Source of the DNA: Malacoraja senta
Taxonomy: Eukaryota
NCBI GenBank assembly: GCA_038087875.1
Contig: CM075995.1
Span: 10,046,001 to 10,110,000 of the forward strand
Direction of reading: 5' to 3'
Length of the DNA: 64,000 nucleotides
Part shown: one piece after another, positions 13,721-26,752 of the stretch
Numbering within the stretch: the first letter of the stretch is position 1
How the letters are laid out: each line of letters begins with the position of its first letter
The notes under the pieces: model-generated
Database searches by the model: none
What the model saw: only the letters and a program-made list of their open reading frames with translations
Told to the model about the DNA's origin: nothing
Program-made: the position numbers and the translations under genes

Positions 13721-16398
13721 TCAAGTCAAGTCAAGTGAGTTTATTGTCATGTGTCCCTGATAGGACAATGAAATTCTTGCTTTGCTTCAGCACAACAGAA
13801 CATAGAAGGCATGACTACAAAACAGATCAGTGTGTCCATATACCATTATATAAATATATACACACATGAATAAATAAACTGATCAAGTGCAAATAACAGA
13901 TAATGGGCTATTAATGTTCAGAGTTTTGTCCGAGCCAAGTTTAATAGCCTGATGGCTGTGGGGAAGTAGATATTCCTGAACCTGGTCGTTGCAGTCTTCA
14001 GGCTCCTGTACCTTCTACCTGAAGGTAGCAGGGAGATGAGTGTGTGGCCAGGATGGTGTGGGTCCTTGATGATACTGCCAGCCTTTTTGAGGCAGCGACT
14101 GCAATAGATCCCTCGATGGAAGGGAGGTCAGAGCCGATGATGGACTGGGCAGTGTTTACTACTCTTTGTAGTCTTTTCCACTCCAGGGCGCTCAAGTTGC
14201 CGAACCAAGCCATGATGCAATCGGTCAGCATGCTCTCTACTGTGCACCTGTAGAAGTTAGAGAGAGTCCTCCTTGACAAACCGACTCTCCGTAATCTTCT
14301 CAGGAAGTAGAGGCGCTGATGTGCTTTCTTAATAGTAGCATCAGTGTTCTCGGACCAGGAAAGATCTTCAGAGATGTGCACGCCCAGGAATTTAAAGCTC
14401 TTGACCCTTTCAACCATCGACCCATTGATATGAACGGGACTGTGGGTCCCCATCCTACTCCTTCCAAAGTCCACAATCAGTTCCTTGGTTTTGCTGGTGT
14501 TGAGGGCCAGGTTATTGTGCTGGCACCATATGGACAGTTGCTCAATCTCTCTTCTGTACTCTGATTCATCCCCATCAGTGATACGTCCCACAACAGTGGT
14601 GTCGTCAGCGAACTTGATGATGGAGTTCGCACTATGACCGGCTACGCAGTCATGAGTATAGAGTGAGTACAGCAGGGGGCTGAGCACGCAGCCTTGAGGT
14701 GCTCCCGTGCTGATTGTTTTCGAGTCTGACACATTTCCACCAATACGAACAGACTGTGGTCTGAGAATGAGGAAGTCGAGGATCCAATTGCAGGGGGATG
14801 CGCAGATACCCAGTTCTGCGAGTTTAGTAACCAGCTTGGAGGGGATGATTGTATTAAATGCCGAGCTGTAATCGATGAATAACAGCCTGACATATGAGTT
14901 TTTGTTGTCCAAGTGGTCCAGAGCGGAGTGGAGGGCCAGCGAGATCGCATCCACCGTTGATCTGTTCTGGCGGTAAGCGAACTGCAGTGGGTCCAGGTTT
15001 TTGTCGAGGTAGGAGTTGATTTGCACCATGATCAACTTCTCAAAGCACTTCATCACCACAGGCGTTAGTGCCACAGGTCGATAGTCATTGAGGCACGTCA
15101 CCTTGCTCTTCTTGGGCACTGGTATGATTGATGCCCTTTTGAAGCAGGTGGGAACCTCAGACCTCAGAAGTGAGAGGTTGAAAATGTCCGTAAAAACTCC
15201 AGCCAGTTGGTCTGCACCGGTTTTTAGAACACGACCAGGTATACCATCAGGTCCAGGCGCTTTTCGAGGGTTCACCCCTCTGAATGATTTCCTGATGTCG
15301 GCCTCTGTGACTGAGACTGAAATACCATCACAGCGAATGGGAGCTCGGGAAGGCACATCGGTGTTCTCCCTATCAAAGCGTGCGTAAAACGCATTGAGCT
15401 CATCAGGGAGTGATGCTTCGCCGACATTCGAGCTGCCTCCTGATTTCGCCTTGTAGGAGGTGATTGCATTCAGGCCCCGCCACAGCTGCCGAACATCTGT
15501 CTCATCCTCCAGTTTGGAGCAGAAGTCCCTTTTGGCCTTACCAAGGTCGTATCTGGACTTCTTGTAGACCACTGTATCATCAGACATGAATGCCCGGTGT
15601 CTGGTCTTCAGAAGAGTGCGGATCTCAAAGTTCATCCAAGGTTTCTGATTGGGAAACACTCGGAAGGTTTTTGTAGGGATGCAGTCCTCCACACATTTCT
15701 TAATGAAGTCTGTAACGACTGTGGCGTATTCGTTCAAGTCCGTTGCCGATTCCTTGAACATTGCCCAGTCTACAGACTCCAAACAGTCCTGTAGTTGTTC
15801 CTCTGCCCCCCCCCCCCCCCGACCAGCTCTGCACTGTCCTCACCTCTGGGGTGCGCTCTTTAATTGCTGCGTGTAGGCAGGAAGAAGCAGCACCGCGGTA
15901 TGGTCGGATTTACTGAAGTGAGGGCGAGGGATAGAGCGGTAGGCATTCTTGATGGTGGTGTAGCAGTGGTCGAGGGTGTTTGGTCCTCTGGTGCAGCAGG
16001 AGACATGTTGGTGGAAGTTAGGGAGTGATTTCTTTAGGTTTGCCTTATTGAAGTCCCCAGCAATGGTGGTAAATGCCTCGGGGTAAGACATCTGGTGTTT
16101 GTTGACTACGGCGTGCAACTCCTCCAGTGCCAGACGGACGTCTGCCTGGGGTGGGATGCAGACCGCGGTCAGGATGATGGAGGTGAATTCCCTCGGAACG
16201 TAGAATGGACGACACTTCACCGCCAGATGTCCGAGGTGTGGAGAGCAGGAGTTGGACAGGACTGCCACGTCTGAGCACCACGCAGAGTTGACCGTGAGGC
16301 AGACGCCCCCTCCTCTCCCTTTCCCAGATGCCAGTGTACGGTCCATACGGTGGATGGAGAACCCTTCAGGCTGGACCACTGAGTCTGGGGAGCTGGGG
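13721..16398 (-). mobile_element. 5'-truncated Rex1/Babar-type LINE, relatively young (APE C-terminal part plus RT)
   Basis: ORF 15840-16406 (IAGDFN, TLDHCY, SDH) and ORF 13998-15782 (GAPQGCVLSP, FADD); (acttg)n tail at 13721-13736. Confidence 0.93.
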
Positions 16399-17150
16399 TC
16401 CAACACACCCAGACATGTCTAGGCACACACCCAGACATATCTAGACACACACCCGGACATGTCCAACAACACACTCAGACATGTCTACACACACACCCAG
16501 ACATGTCCAGACACACCCAGACATGTCCAACACACCCAGACATGTCCAACACACCCAGACATGTCTAGACACACACACACACACACAGACATGTCTAGAC
16601 ACACACCCAGACATGTCCAACACACCCAGACATGTCCAACACACCCAGACATGTCCAGACACACACCCAGACATGTCCAACAACACACCCAGATATGTAG
16701 ACAGAGACATGTTGACACACACCCAGACACGTCCAAGAACGCACCCAGACATGTCCAACAACACACCCAGACATGTCTAGACACATACCCAGACATGTCC
16801 AACAACACACCCAGACATGTCTAGAAACACACCCAGACATGTACATACCCAGACATGTCCAACAACACGCCCAGACATGTCCACACACACCCAGACATGT
16901 CCAACACACACACATGTCCAGACATACACACACAAGCATGTCCAGACACACACCCAGACATGTCCAACACACACAATGTCCAGACATACACATACAGACA
17001 TGGACAGGCACACACACACTGCACACATCGGCACAGATATATATGCAGACACCGGCTGCGAAGGACTAGGCACACACCGACGCACATAAAGACCCAGACA
17101 CACATACAAACACACACACACCCAGACACTCCCACATAAACACACACTCA
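16399..17150. repeat. Right block of the agacatgt minisatellite
   Basis: Same unit as 10969-13720, decaying into CA repeats. Confidence 0.92.
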
Positions 17151-17169
17151 CCCCCTCATCAATACTTCA

Positions 17170-20100
17170 TGGTGCTCAGACATGGCAAGTCCTGTCCAAC
17201 TCTTGCTCCCCACACCTGGCGGCAAAGTGCCACCCCAGCTACCTCCCGAGAGAATTCACCTCCATCATCCTGACCGTGGTCGAGATCCCACCCCAGGCAG
17301 ACATCCGTCTAGCACTGGAGCTGCACGCCGTGGTCAAGAAACACCAGTCAGCGAACCCCAAAGCCTTTACCATCGTAGCCGGGGACTTCAACAAAGCCAA
17401 CCTGAAGAAATCACCCCCTAACTACCACCAACATGTCTCCTGCAGCCCCAGAGCATTAATAACCCTTGACCACTGCTATACGACCATCAGAGACGCCTAT
17501 CGCTCTATCCCTCACCCTCACTTCGGGAAATCCCACGATTCAGCCGTGCTGCTTCTTCCTGCATACAGGCAGCAACTGAAGAGCGCACCCCAGAGGTGAG
17601 GACTGCAGAGCTGGTCTGGGGAGGTAGAGGAGCAACTACGGGACTGCTTGGAGTTAGTAGACTGGGCAATGTTCAAGGACTCAGCAACGGATCTGAATTG
17701 TACGCCAGTTGTTACAGACTTCATAAGAAAATGTGTGGAGGAGTGTGTTCCCACAAAAACCATCGAGTGTTTCCTAACCAGAAACCTTGGATGAACCAGG
17801 AGATACACATTCTTCTGAGGACCACATCCTAGGCATTCAGGTCTGGCGACGCAGAGGTAAACAAGTCCAGATACAACGTTGTCAAGGCCATCAAAAAGGT
17901 TAAAAGGGACTTTCGCTCTAAGCTGGAGGACAAGGTGGATGTTCGACAACTGCGGCAGGGCTTGAATACCATCACTTCCTACAAGGCGAAATCAGGGGCA
18001 GTTCAAGCGACAACGAAGCATCACTCCCAGACAAGCTCAATCCGTCTCTTCATGCTTAGATAGGGAGAATGCTGATGTGTCTTCCCTTGCCCCCAGCATT
18101 GTTCCTGTTGAGGGTAGAGGGACCAGGAGAGCATCCCTTGTAGCCAGGGTCCGGAGGGCAAGGTGGTATTGCAATCAGTCAGAGGCTGATGTCAGAAGAG
18201 TGAACCGTTGGGAAGCGTTTGGACCTCATGGTGTACCTGGTCGTGTTCTTAAAACCTGTGCAGAACTGGCTGGAGTTTTTGCAATATCTTCAACCTCTCA
18301 TTACTGAGGGCCCCCACCTGCTTTAAGAGGGCATCAATAATACCGGTGACGTGCCTCAACGACTATCAACCAGTAGCACTAACGTCCGTGGTGAGAAGTG
18401 CTTTGAGAGGTTGGTTATGGCGCATATCAACTCCTACCTCAACAAGAACCTCGACCCATTACTATTTGCCTACCGCTACTACAGGTCAACAGAGGATGCG
18501 ATCTCACTGGCTCTCCTCTCTTCACTGGACCACTTGGACAATAAAAACACTTACGTCTGTTGTTTATAGACTACAGCTCGGTGTTCAATACTATCATTCC
18601 TTCCAAACTGGTTATCAGGGAAGGGGCAAGGGGGTGAAGGGGAACGACCGGCGTCAGCTCAGGTCCTTCTTGGATGACCTGGAGAAGGACGCCAAGACCA
18701 AGAGCAGCGTCGTTCCTGTTGAGGGTAGAGGGACCAGTAGAGCGTTCCTTGTAGTCAGGGTCCGGAGGGCAAGGAGCACCGCCACTCCACCTAGGGTCCG
18801 CAAGGGGAGGAGTGGCTCTGCTGTCAGTGACCGAAGGACTGGTGACAGGATCTAGGAAATGGGCAGGGCTGAAGATGTCCTGGTTGGGTTGCTCCTAGGC
18901 CTGGCCAAGCTGGCCATCCGCGAGTCACAGCACCAGGCGGAAGAGGGCTTTGCCCGAGGCAGATGCTTGCCCCCCTTTACCGGGGTTACGTCCATGCCCG
19001 GGTGGTGTTATTTGTAATAGTTGTTTGTCATTTAATGTATGAATAGTTTGGTGATTTTGTAATATGGTGGTGGGTATGTCACCACGGTTTTGTTTTTTGT
19101 ATCATGCTCGAAATTAAATATTCTTTTTTATACAAAAAAAAAGCTGGTTATCAAGCTCATGGCGGTGGGTCTCTGCGCATCCCTCTGCAACTGGATCCTC
19201 GACTTCCTCTTCAACAGACCAGTCTGTATGAATTGGCAACAACACTTCTTCCCCGATAACCATCAGAACGGGAGCACCTCAAGGGTGCGTTCTCAGCCCC
19301 CTGCTCTACTCATTCTATACTCTGTATACGACTGTGTAGCCGGACATAGTGCGAACTGCATCTTCAAGTTCGCCGACACCACCGTTGTGAGACGGATTAC
19401 AGATGATGATGAGTCAGAGTATACAAGTGAGATCAATGGACTGACCAAATGGTGCCAGCACAACAACCTGGCTCTCAGTCATTAAGACCAAGAAACTGAC
19501 TGTGGACTTTGGAAGAGGAATGATGAGGATCCACAAACCTGTCTATATCGACGGGACGATAGTGGAGAGAATCAAAAGCTTCAAATTCCTGGTTGTGCAT
19601 ATTTCTGAAGATCTTTTCTGGACCCAGCACATTGATGCAACTATAAAGTAAGCCCTTCAACGCTTCTACTTCCTGAGAAGATTGTGGAGATTCGGTATGT
19701 CAGAGAGGATTCTCTTGAACTTCTACAGGTGTACGTACAGTAGAGAGCATATTGACCGGTTGCATCACGGCATAGTTCGACAACTTGAATGCCCAGGATT
19801 GAAGAAGACTGCAAAAAGTGGTGAACACTGCCATCGAGGGTACTGACCTCCCACCATCGAAGGGAGTGTCTGCCTCTGCATCATCAGAAGGCAGCCAGCA
19901 TCATCAGAGACTCACACCACCATGGCCACACACACAATTCACTCCTGCCATCCGGAAGAAGACACAGGAGCCTGAAAACTATAATGTCCAGGTAAAGGAA
20001 CATCCTCTTCCCCACAGTCATCAGGCTATTAAACACTACAACCTCCAAAAAAGCTCTGAACTGCATAGACTTGGGGGCACACAGACACACACTGTACTTT

Positions 20101-20215
20101 TTTTTCCTCGTTTATTATATTGTTCAGTACTATGTTTACATATTCTGTTGTGCTGCTGCAAGTAAGAATTTCATTGTTCTGTCTGGGACATATGATAATA
20201 AGACAGTCTTGACTT
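17170..20215 (+). mobile_element. Degenerate Rex1/Babar-type LINE, opposite orientation to the 13721-16398 copy
   Basis: Same motifs ([42 protein letters not shown]) with frameshifts. Confidence 0.9.
18618..19143 (+). mobile_element. Tx1/L1-like 3' fragment nested in the Rex1 copy
   Basis: 10-bp TSD ctggttatca (18608-18617, 19144-19153), poly(A) tail, LLLGLAKLAIRES-type ORF2 end. Confidence 0.7.
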
Positions 20216-20380
20216 TTAACTTTTCTCACACAGCCGAACCCCACTTCACACGTATCTCCCCAGCTACCTCTCTCCTCCCTCCAGTCAGTCAGCACTGATG
20301 GGGTCACACTCATCCCGCTCACACAGAGCAGACACACACCCACGATACACACCGTGGTCGCCACAGAAACACAAGTCACC

Positions 20381-20802
20381 CCCTCCCACCCCGCGGACAC
20401 TGGCCCCACTCGCCATGTTGGTGATAGGTCTGCCAGTGGAAGGCTACAGTGCTGTGCCCGTGTGGCTGAGGCGACATACAGCGCAGTCACAGAAACACAG
20501 GACGAGGGAGCAGCAGCAATTCAGTAGCAAGCCGGTTGCGGCCAGTCGGTGAATTTACTGACGACAGAAACACTGAACGGTCACTGCTTCATTTCCCACT
20601 CATCCCCACCCTCCAGAGAGGGGAGGGGGTGAAGAGAGACCCAGCAACTGGCACCAGAGTATCGCTCACACCAACCAAACCTCATCTCCTGCACTGTATC
20701 CGGCCATCTCGCCTCTGCCACACGGGCACAGCACTGTAGCCTTCCACTGGCAGTCCCACCACCAACATGGCAAGTGGGGTCACTGTCCGGGGGGTGGGAG
20801 GG
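20381..20802. repeat. 94-bp inverted repeat (20381-20474 / 20709-20802) with a 234-nt spacer
   Basis: 86/94 identity by manual alignment, 37-bp perfect core. Confidence 0.92.
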
Positions 20803-23800
20803 GATGACCACCGGTTGGGGATGGTCACCAGTGACTGGGTGGGGTGGGGGGTGTCAATGATGCCTCCCGGGGTCAGTGTAGGGACATTCGGTGCCCAGTC
20901 TGGATGAGCGGAGGTCTGGGTGAGCGTGGGAACGTATAAACTCCGCACAGACAGTACCGTAGTCAGGATCAAATCCGTGTCTCTGGCACTGTGAGGCAGC
21001 TGAGACATCTCGGAGGAGGAGAATAGAGCATTCTGCAAGGGGAGAACATCATTGTTTATGATGCTTTTTAATAACACCATGTTAACGGTGGAAATTGGAT
21101 CATTTCTAGATCTCCATTTTGAGGAAGTAGCTTGATGCAATGACAATACCATAGATTAGGACTGATGCGAGGAGCATGGAAGTACATAAAGCATTAAGAT
21201 AACAGTCACATGTAGAATTATTATATAGCACTGGAGAGAATTATATATCTTCTCGATGTCAGAGGAGATGGCAGTGCTGTATATTCTGCATGAAATGTAT
21301 ATTTAATAGATCCCTGTATAGAAGTGATGCTGTTTCTTTCAGAGATATTAGTGTGATTATAATACATATTAAAGAATCTGCTTTACAACACATCATAAAA
21401 GATTGTGATATATTTGAGAGATTGCGTCATAGAAAACGGAATGAAGAGATTGTTGTGTATTAAAGCTAATATGTGCAGGAGAATCTCTTCAACATCAGAT
21501 GGAATGCTCAATGTTGTGAACAGTGCACTTTACATAACGTATAGCAAAAGGGTTGCTATATATCACCTAGACTACTATGTATTCAAGGAACCAAAGAATA
21601 CTGTATATTGGGAAAAAAACTTCATATTGAAAGATCTTTGTCTGTTGGCCCAACTTGCCCACACCGGCCAACATGCCCCATCTGCACTAGTCCTACTTGC
21701 CTGCGTTTGGCCCATATCCCTCTAAACCTGTCCTATCCATTTACTTTTCTAAATGTTGCGATAGCATCTGCCTCGACTATTTCCTCCAGCAGCTCATTTC
21801 ATACATTTACCACCCTTTATGTGAAAAGGTTACTGCTCGGTAGATGAGATAGGTCCCACAACAGCATTTAAAAGACACTTGGACAGGTACTTGGATAGGA
21901 AAGTTTAGACAACGTCTAAATGAGTCATACGTAGGCAGGTGGGTCTCGTGAAGATGGGTCATCTTGGGCGGCATGGGCAAGTTGGGCCAAAGGGCCTTGT
22001 TTCCGTGCCGTTTAACTCTGAGACTCTAAGTGACAAAGAGGTTGTGTGTAAGGCAACCAAGAGGTTGGGTATAAGGCCGTAGACTGGAGAGTGATTTCCA
22101 ATAGTATGATTGGAGGAATCAGTGGGATTTCAGTACATTTGAGAAACATCTGACAAAGTGTAACATTTTAGTTTTTAGTTTAGTTTATTATTGTGAAGTG
22201 TATCGAGATATAATGAAAGTTTTTGTTTGAGTGCTATCCCGTCAAAGAAAAGACTATACATGAATACAATCAAGCTGTCCAAAGTGCAGGGATACAGGGT
22301 ACAACATTTAGTGCAAGATAAAGTCTGATTAAAGATAGTTCAAGGGTCTCCAATGAGATAGATGGGATGTCAGGCCGCACTCTAGCTGATGAGCGGACTG
22401 ATCGGTCGACTGATAACAGCTGGAAGAAACTGTCCCAGAATCTGGAGATGTGCGTTTTCACACTTACGTACCTCTTGCCTGATGGGCGAGGGGAGAAGAG
22501 GGAGTGACCGGGGTGAGACTGGACCTCGATTATGCAGGTGGCCTTTGCCGAGGCAGCGTGAAGTGTAGATTGAGTCAATGGGGGAGGGTTGGTTTTAAAA
22601 TGCAATATTGTTAGATCAGCAAATTTGTGCACTTGGATTTCATTGGAATTTAAAAAGCATACCGTCTGTTCCACCAGACACACAGTAAACATGTTTGGAG
22701 TTGCAGGGACACTGGAGAACTGAATATTAGTTGTCAATGTGGTCTTTGCTGAAGTTTGAGACCGAGTGCACTGTCATCCCTTTAGGTCCGTTGGGAGAAC
22801 TGCGTATCTCTGGAGATTCATAATGTTTTCAACAAGAATGAATCAGTGTGCAACCTGATACTTTTTCACCACCCCAACACTGAGATATGTGAGAGAACCA
22901 AGATTCCATATAACTCAGGAAGACACAACGTGTTGGAGTAACTCAGCAGGTCAGGCAGCATCTATGGAGAAGATGGAAAGATGACATTTCGGGCTGCGTC
23001 CCTTCTTCAGACTGATTGTACTTGGAGGGAAGGAGGGTCCTGACCAAAACGTCTATCCATGTCCTCCAGACCCGCTGAGATATTCCAGCACTTTGTGTCT
23101 TTTAAAAACCCCCAGCATCTGCAGTGCCTAGTGTCTCAATTTAACTCAGTTGAGAAAGGTGAAAAGTGCAGAGGAGGAGGGGAGGACCAGAGGATGGGGT
23201 TGGATTCAGTTGTAATTCATCCTCCAGAGAGCTACACGTGTAACCAGAATTCCAAAGTGTAACCACGTACTTCTACAATCACTTTCAATCACTTCACTCA
23301 GCTGCCGAACACACTTGGTCACAGAGCAGAGTGCTATATTGTTTTTATAGCCAACAACTATGTTTCGGTTTGGGTAGAACTGTGAAATAGCCATGGGCAG
23401 AAAATGCTTGTTGGAGTTGTATAACAGACCACCAAACAGCAGTAGGGAGGTTGGGGATAGCATCAAGCAGGAAGTTAGGGATGTGTGGAGCAAAGGTACA
23501 TCAGTTATCATGGCTGACTTTAATCTACATATAGATTGGGCCAACCAAATTGGTAGCAGCGCTGAGGATTTCCTGGAATGTATATGGGATGGTTTTTTAA
23601 ACCAATATGTAGAAGGACCGACTAGATGGCAGGCAACCCTAGACAGGGTATTGTGTAATGAGGAAGGATTAGTTCAGTTCAGAGATACAGCGCGTAAATC
23701 AGCCATGATCGAACGGTGGTGCAGACTCGATGGGCCGAATGGTCTAAGTCTGCTCCTCTGCCTTATGGTCTTGCGGCAGCTCCATAGGACTTTGGCTAGT

Positions 23801-24261
23801 CTGTAGCTGGGGGCATTGCATGCAGTTTTGTTCACCCTGTTACAGGAAGGGCCTGGAGGTTTTGGAGAGGGTGCAGGAAAGATTTGAGGGGCTGATTGGC
23901 CTGTGTTGTTCCTGCCTCCCCACATATTCGGGTGCAAGAGCCTTACAACCCAGTGGTATGAATATCGTTATCCAACATCAAGTAACCCTTGCATTCCCCC
24001 TCTCTCCGTCCCCCCCCCCCCACCCTAGTTTTCTGACTAGTTTCACTGTCCTGATTAAATATTAGTTTGTAGGACTTGTTAGTTTGTAGGTTAGTAGCGA
24101 TCTTGTTGTGCAGACCCCCTTGTGCAACAGTGATCATAATATGGTGCAATTCTACATTCGGATAGAGAGTGACGGGACACCGGCCCAAACTTACAGCCAG
24201 CGCGGAGAAGAAGGGCTAACTCCACTGCTCCGGGCCGGTGTCCCGTCAGTCCAGGGCTGTG

Positions 24262-24943
24262 CAGGAAAGTAAGCATGGAGGTACAGCAGGCAGCGAAAAA
24301 TGGCATGTTGGCCTTTATAACAAGAGTAGTCGAGTATAGGATCAAAGAGGTCATTCTGCAGTTGTACAGGGCCCTAGTGAGACCACACTTGGGAGTATTG
24401 TGTGCAGTTTTGGTCCCCTAATTTGAGGAAGGACATTCTTGCTATTGAGGGAGTGCAGCGTAGGTTTACAAGGTTAATTCCCGTGATGGCGGGACTGTCA
24501 TATGCTAAGAGAAGGAGCGGCTGGGCTTGTACACTCTGGAGTTTAGAAGGATGAGAGGATATCTTATTGAAACATAAAAGATTGTTAAGGGTTTGGACAC
24601 GCTAGAGGCAGGAAACATGTTCCCGATGTTGGGGGAGTCCAGAACCAGGGGCCACAGTTTAAGAATAAGGGGTAGGCCATTTCGAACAGAGACGAGGAAA
24701 CAATTTTTCTCACAGAGAGTTGTGAGTCTGTGGAATTCTCTGCTTCAGAGGGCGGTGGATGTCGGTTCTCTGGATACTTTCAACAGAGAGCTAGATAGGG
24801 CTCTTAAAGATAGCAGAGTCAGGGGATATGGGGAGAAGGCAGGAACGGGGTACTGATTGGGGTTGATCAGCCATGATCACATTGAATGGCAGTGCTGGCT
24901 CGAAGGGCCAAATGGCCTACTCCTGCACCTATTGTCTATTGTC
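24262..24943 (+). mobile_element. CR1-clade LINE 3' fragment
   Basis: ESRTRGHSLRI...FFSQRVVSLWNSL and CR1 tail. Confidence 0.88.
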
Positions 24944-25804
24944 GGTTAACGTGGCGGGACAGGCAGAGATGAGCTGGAGTTAGTGCTTCTTCGCGCTGGC
25001 TGTAAGTCTGGGCCGCCACAGCAACGGGCCGACACCCCGCCAGTCCAAGGTCACCCCAGACATCTCCGGCCGCCCCCGGACAGGGATGGGACACTCAGGA
25101 GGGGACGGGGACGGTCCAGTGGCAATTCAACAGCGCTTGCAGCGCCGGAGATCCGGGTTTGATCCTGACTACGGATGAAACGCCGGTCTGTATTCATTCA
25201 GCAGGACAGTTGACAAGAATGTTTATAGCGAGTGACCTTTGACAAATCCCATGATTCCATGCGTTTTTCGGAATACCAAACTCACTTATTCCCGGGATGG
25301 GAGGACTGACATATGATGAAAGAATGGGTCGACTGAGCTTGTATTCATTGGAATTTAGGATGAGAGGGGATCTGATAGAAACATATAAAATTCTTAAGGG
25401 ATTGGACAGGTTAGATGCGGGGAAAATGTTCCCGATGTTGGGGGAGTCCAGAACCAGGCGTCAGAGTTTAAGAATAAGGGATAGGCCATTTAGGACTGAG
25501 ATGAGGAAACTTTTTTTCACCCAGAGAGTTGTGAATCTGTGGAATTCTCGGCCACAGAAATCAGTGGAGGCCAATTCACTGGATGTCTTCAAGAGAGTTA
25601 GATTTAGCTCATAGCTAAAGGAATCAAGGGATATGGGGAGAAAGCAGGAACGGGGTACTGATTTTAGTTTATTAGCCATGATCATATTGAATGGCCTACT
25701 CCTACACCTATTTTTCCAAGTTTAATCAGTTTATTTTGAATTGCCTGTATCATATCAGTTTCAAATTCAGCTCCAATTTCGTCCATTCTGCGGAGAATAT
25801 TGGT

Positions 25805-26752
25805 GGGTGAGTGTGGGACAGTGAGTGTGGGACAGTGAGTGTGGGTGGGTGAGTGTGGGACTGTGTCAGTGTGGGACTGTGTCAGTGTGGGACTGTGTCA
25901 GTGTGGGACTGGGTCAGTGTGGGACTAGGTCAGTGTGGGGCGGTCAGTGTGGGACTGGGTCAGTGTGGGACTGGGTCAGTGTGGGGCTATGTCAGTGTGG
26001 GACTGGGTGAGTGTGGGACTGGGTGAGTGTGGGACTGGGTGAGTGTGGGACTGGGTGAGTGTGGGACTGGGTGAGTGTGGGACTGGGTGAGTGTGGGACT
26101 GGGTGAGTGTGGGACTGGGTGAGTGTGGGACTGGGTGAGTGTGGGACTGGGTGAGTGTGGGACTGGGTCAGTGTGGGACTGTGTCAGTGTGGGACTGGGT
26201 CAGTGTGAGACAGTCAGAGTGGGACTGGGTCAGTGTGGGGCTGGGTCAGTGTGGGGCTGGGTCAGTGTGGGGCTGGGTCAGTGTGGGACAGTCAGAGTGG
26301 GGCTGGGTCAGTGTGGGGCTGGGTCAGTGTGGGGCTGGGTCAGTGTGGGGCTGGGTCAGTGTGGGGCTGGGTCAGTGTGGGACAGTCAGTGTAGGACTGG
26401 GTCAGTGTGGGACTGGGTGAGTGTGGGACTGGGTGAGTGTGGGACTGGGTGAGTGTGGGACTGGGTCAGTGTGGGACTGGGTGAGTGTGGGACTGGGTGA
26501 GTGTGGGACTGGATCAGTGTGGGACTGGGTCAGTGTGGGACAGTCAGTGTGGGACTGGGTGAGTGTGGGACTGGGTGAGTGTGGGACTGGATCAGTGTGG
26601 GACTGGGTCAGTGTGGGACTGGGTGAGTGTGGGACTGGGTGAGTGTGGGACTGGGTGAGTGTGGGACTGGGTGAGTGTGGGACTGGGTCAGTGTGGGACT
26701 GGGTCAGTGTGGGGGTGGGTGAGTGTGGGACTGGGTGAGTGTGGGACTGGGT
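25805..26752. repeat. 16-bp minisatellite (gtgtgggactgggtSa)
   Basis: Period 16. Confidence 0.95.

Noticed and set aside
20682..21032. Strong-looking acceptor (ccccttgcag|) followed by an in-frame ORF
   Set aside because: The sequence shortly downstream is a tRNA-SINE fragment (gctgcctcacagtgccagaga...gatcctgactacgg) with no SCRIB similarity
25726..25798. LRRMDEIGAEF resembles a BH3 motif
   Set aside because: Spacing does not fit LxxxGD[E/D]; an isolated fragment with no exon boundaries
25805..26752. Array of GGTGAGT splice-donor consensus sequences
   Set aside because: They are on the plus strand, antisense to SCRIB; no plus-strand gene is evident
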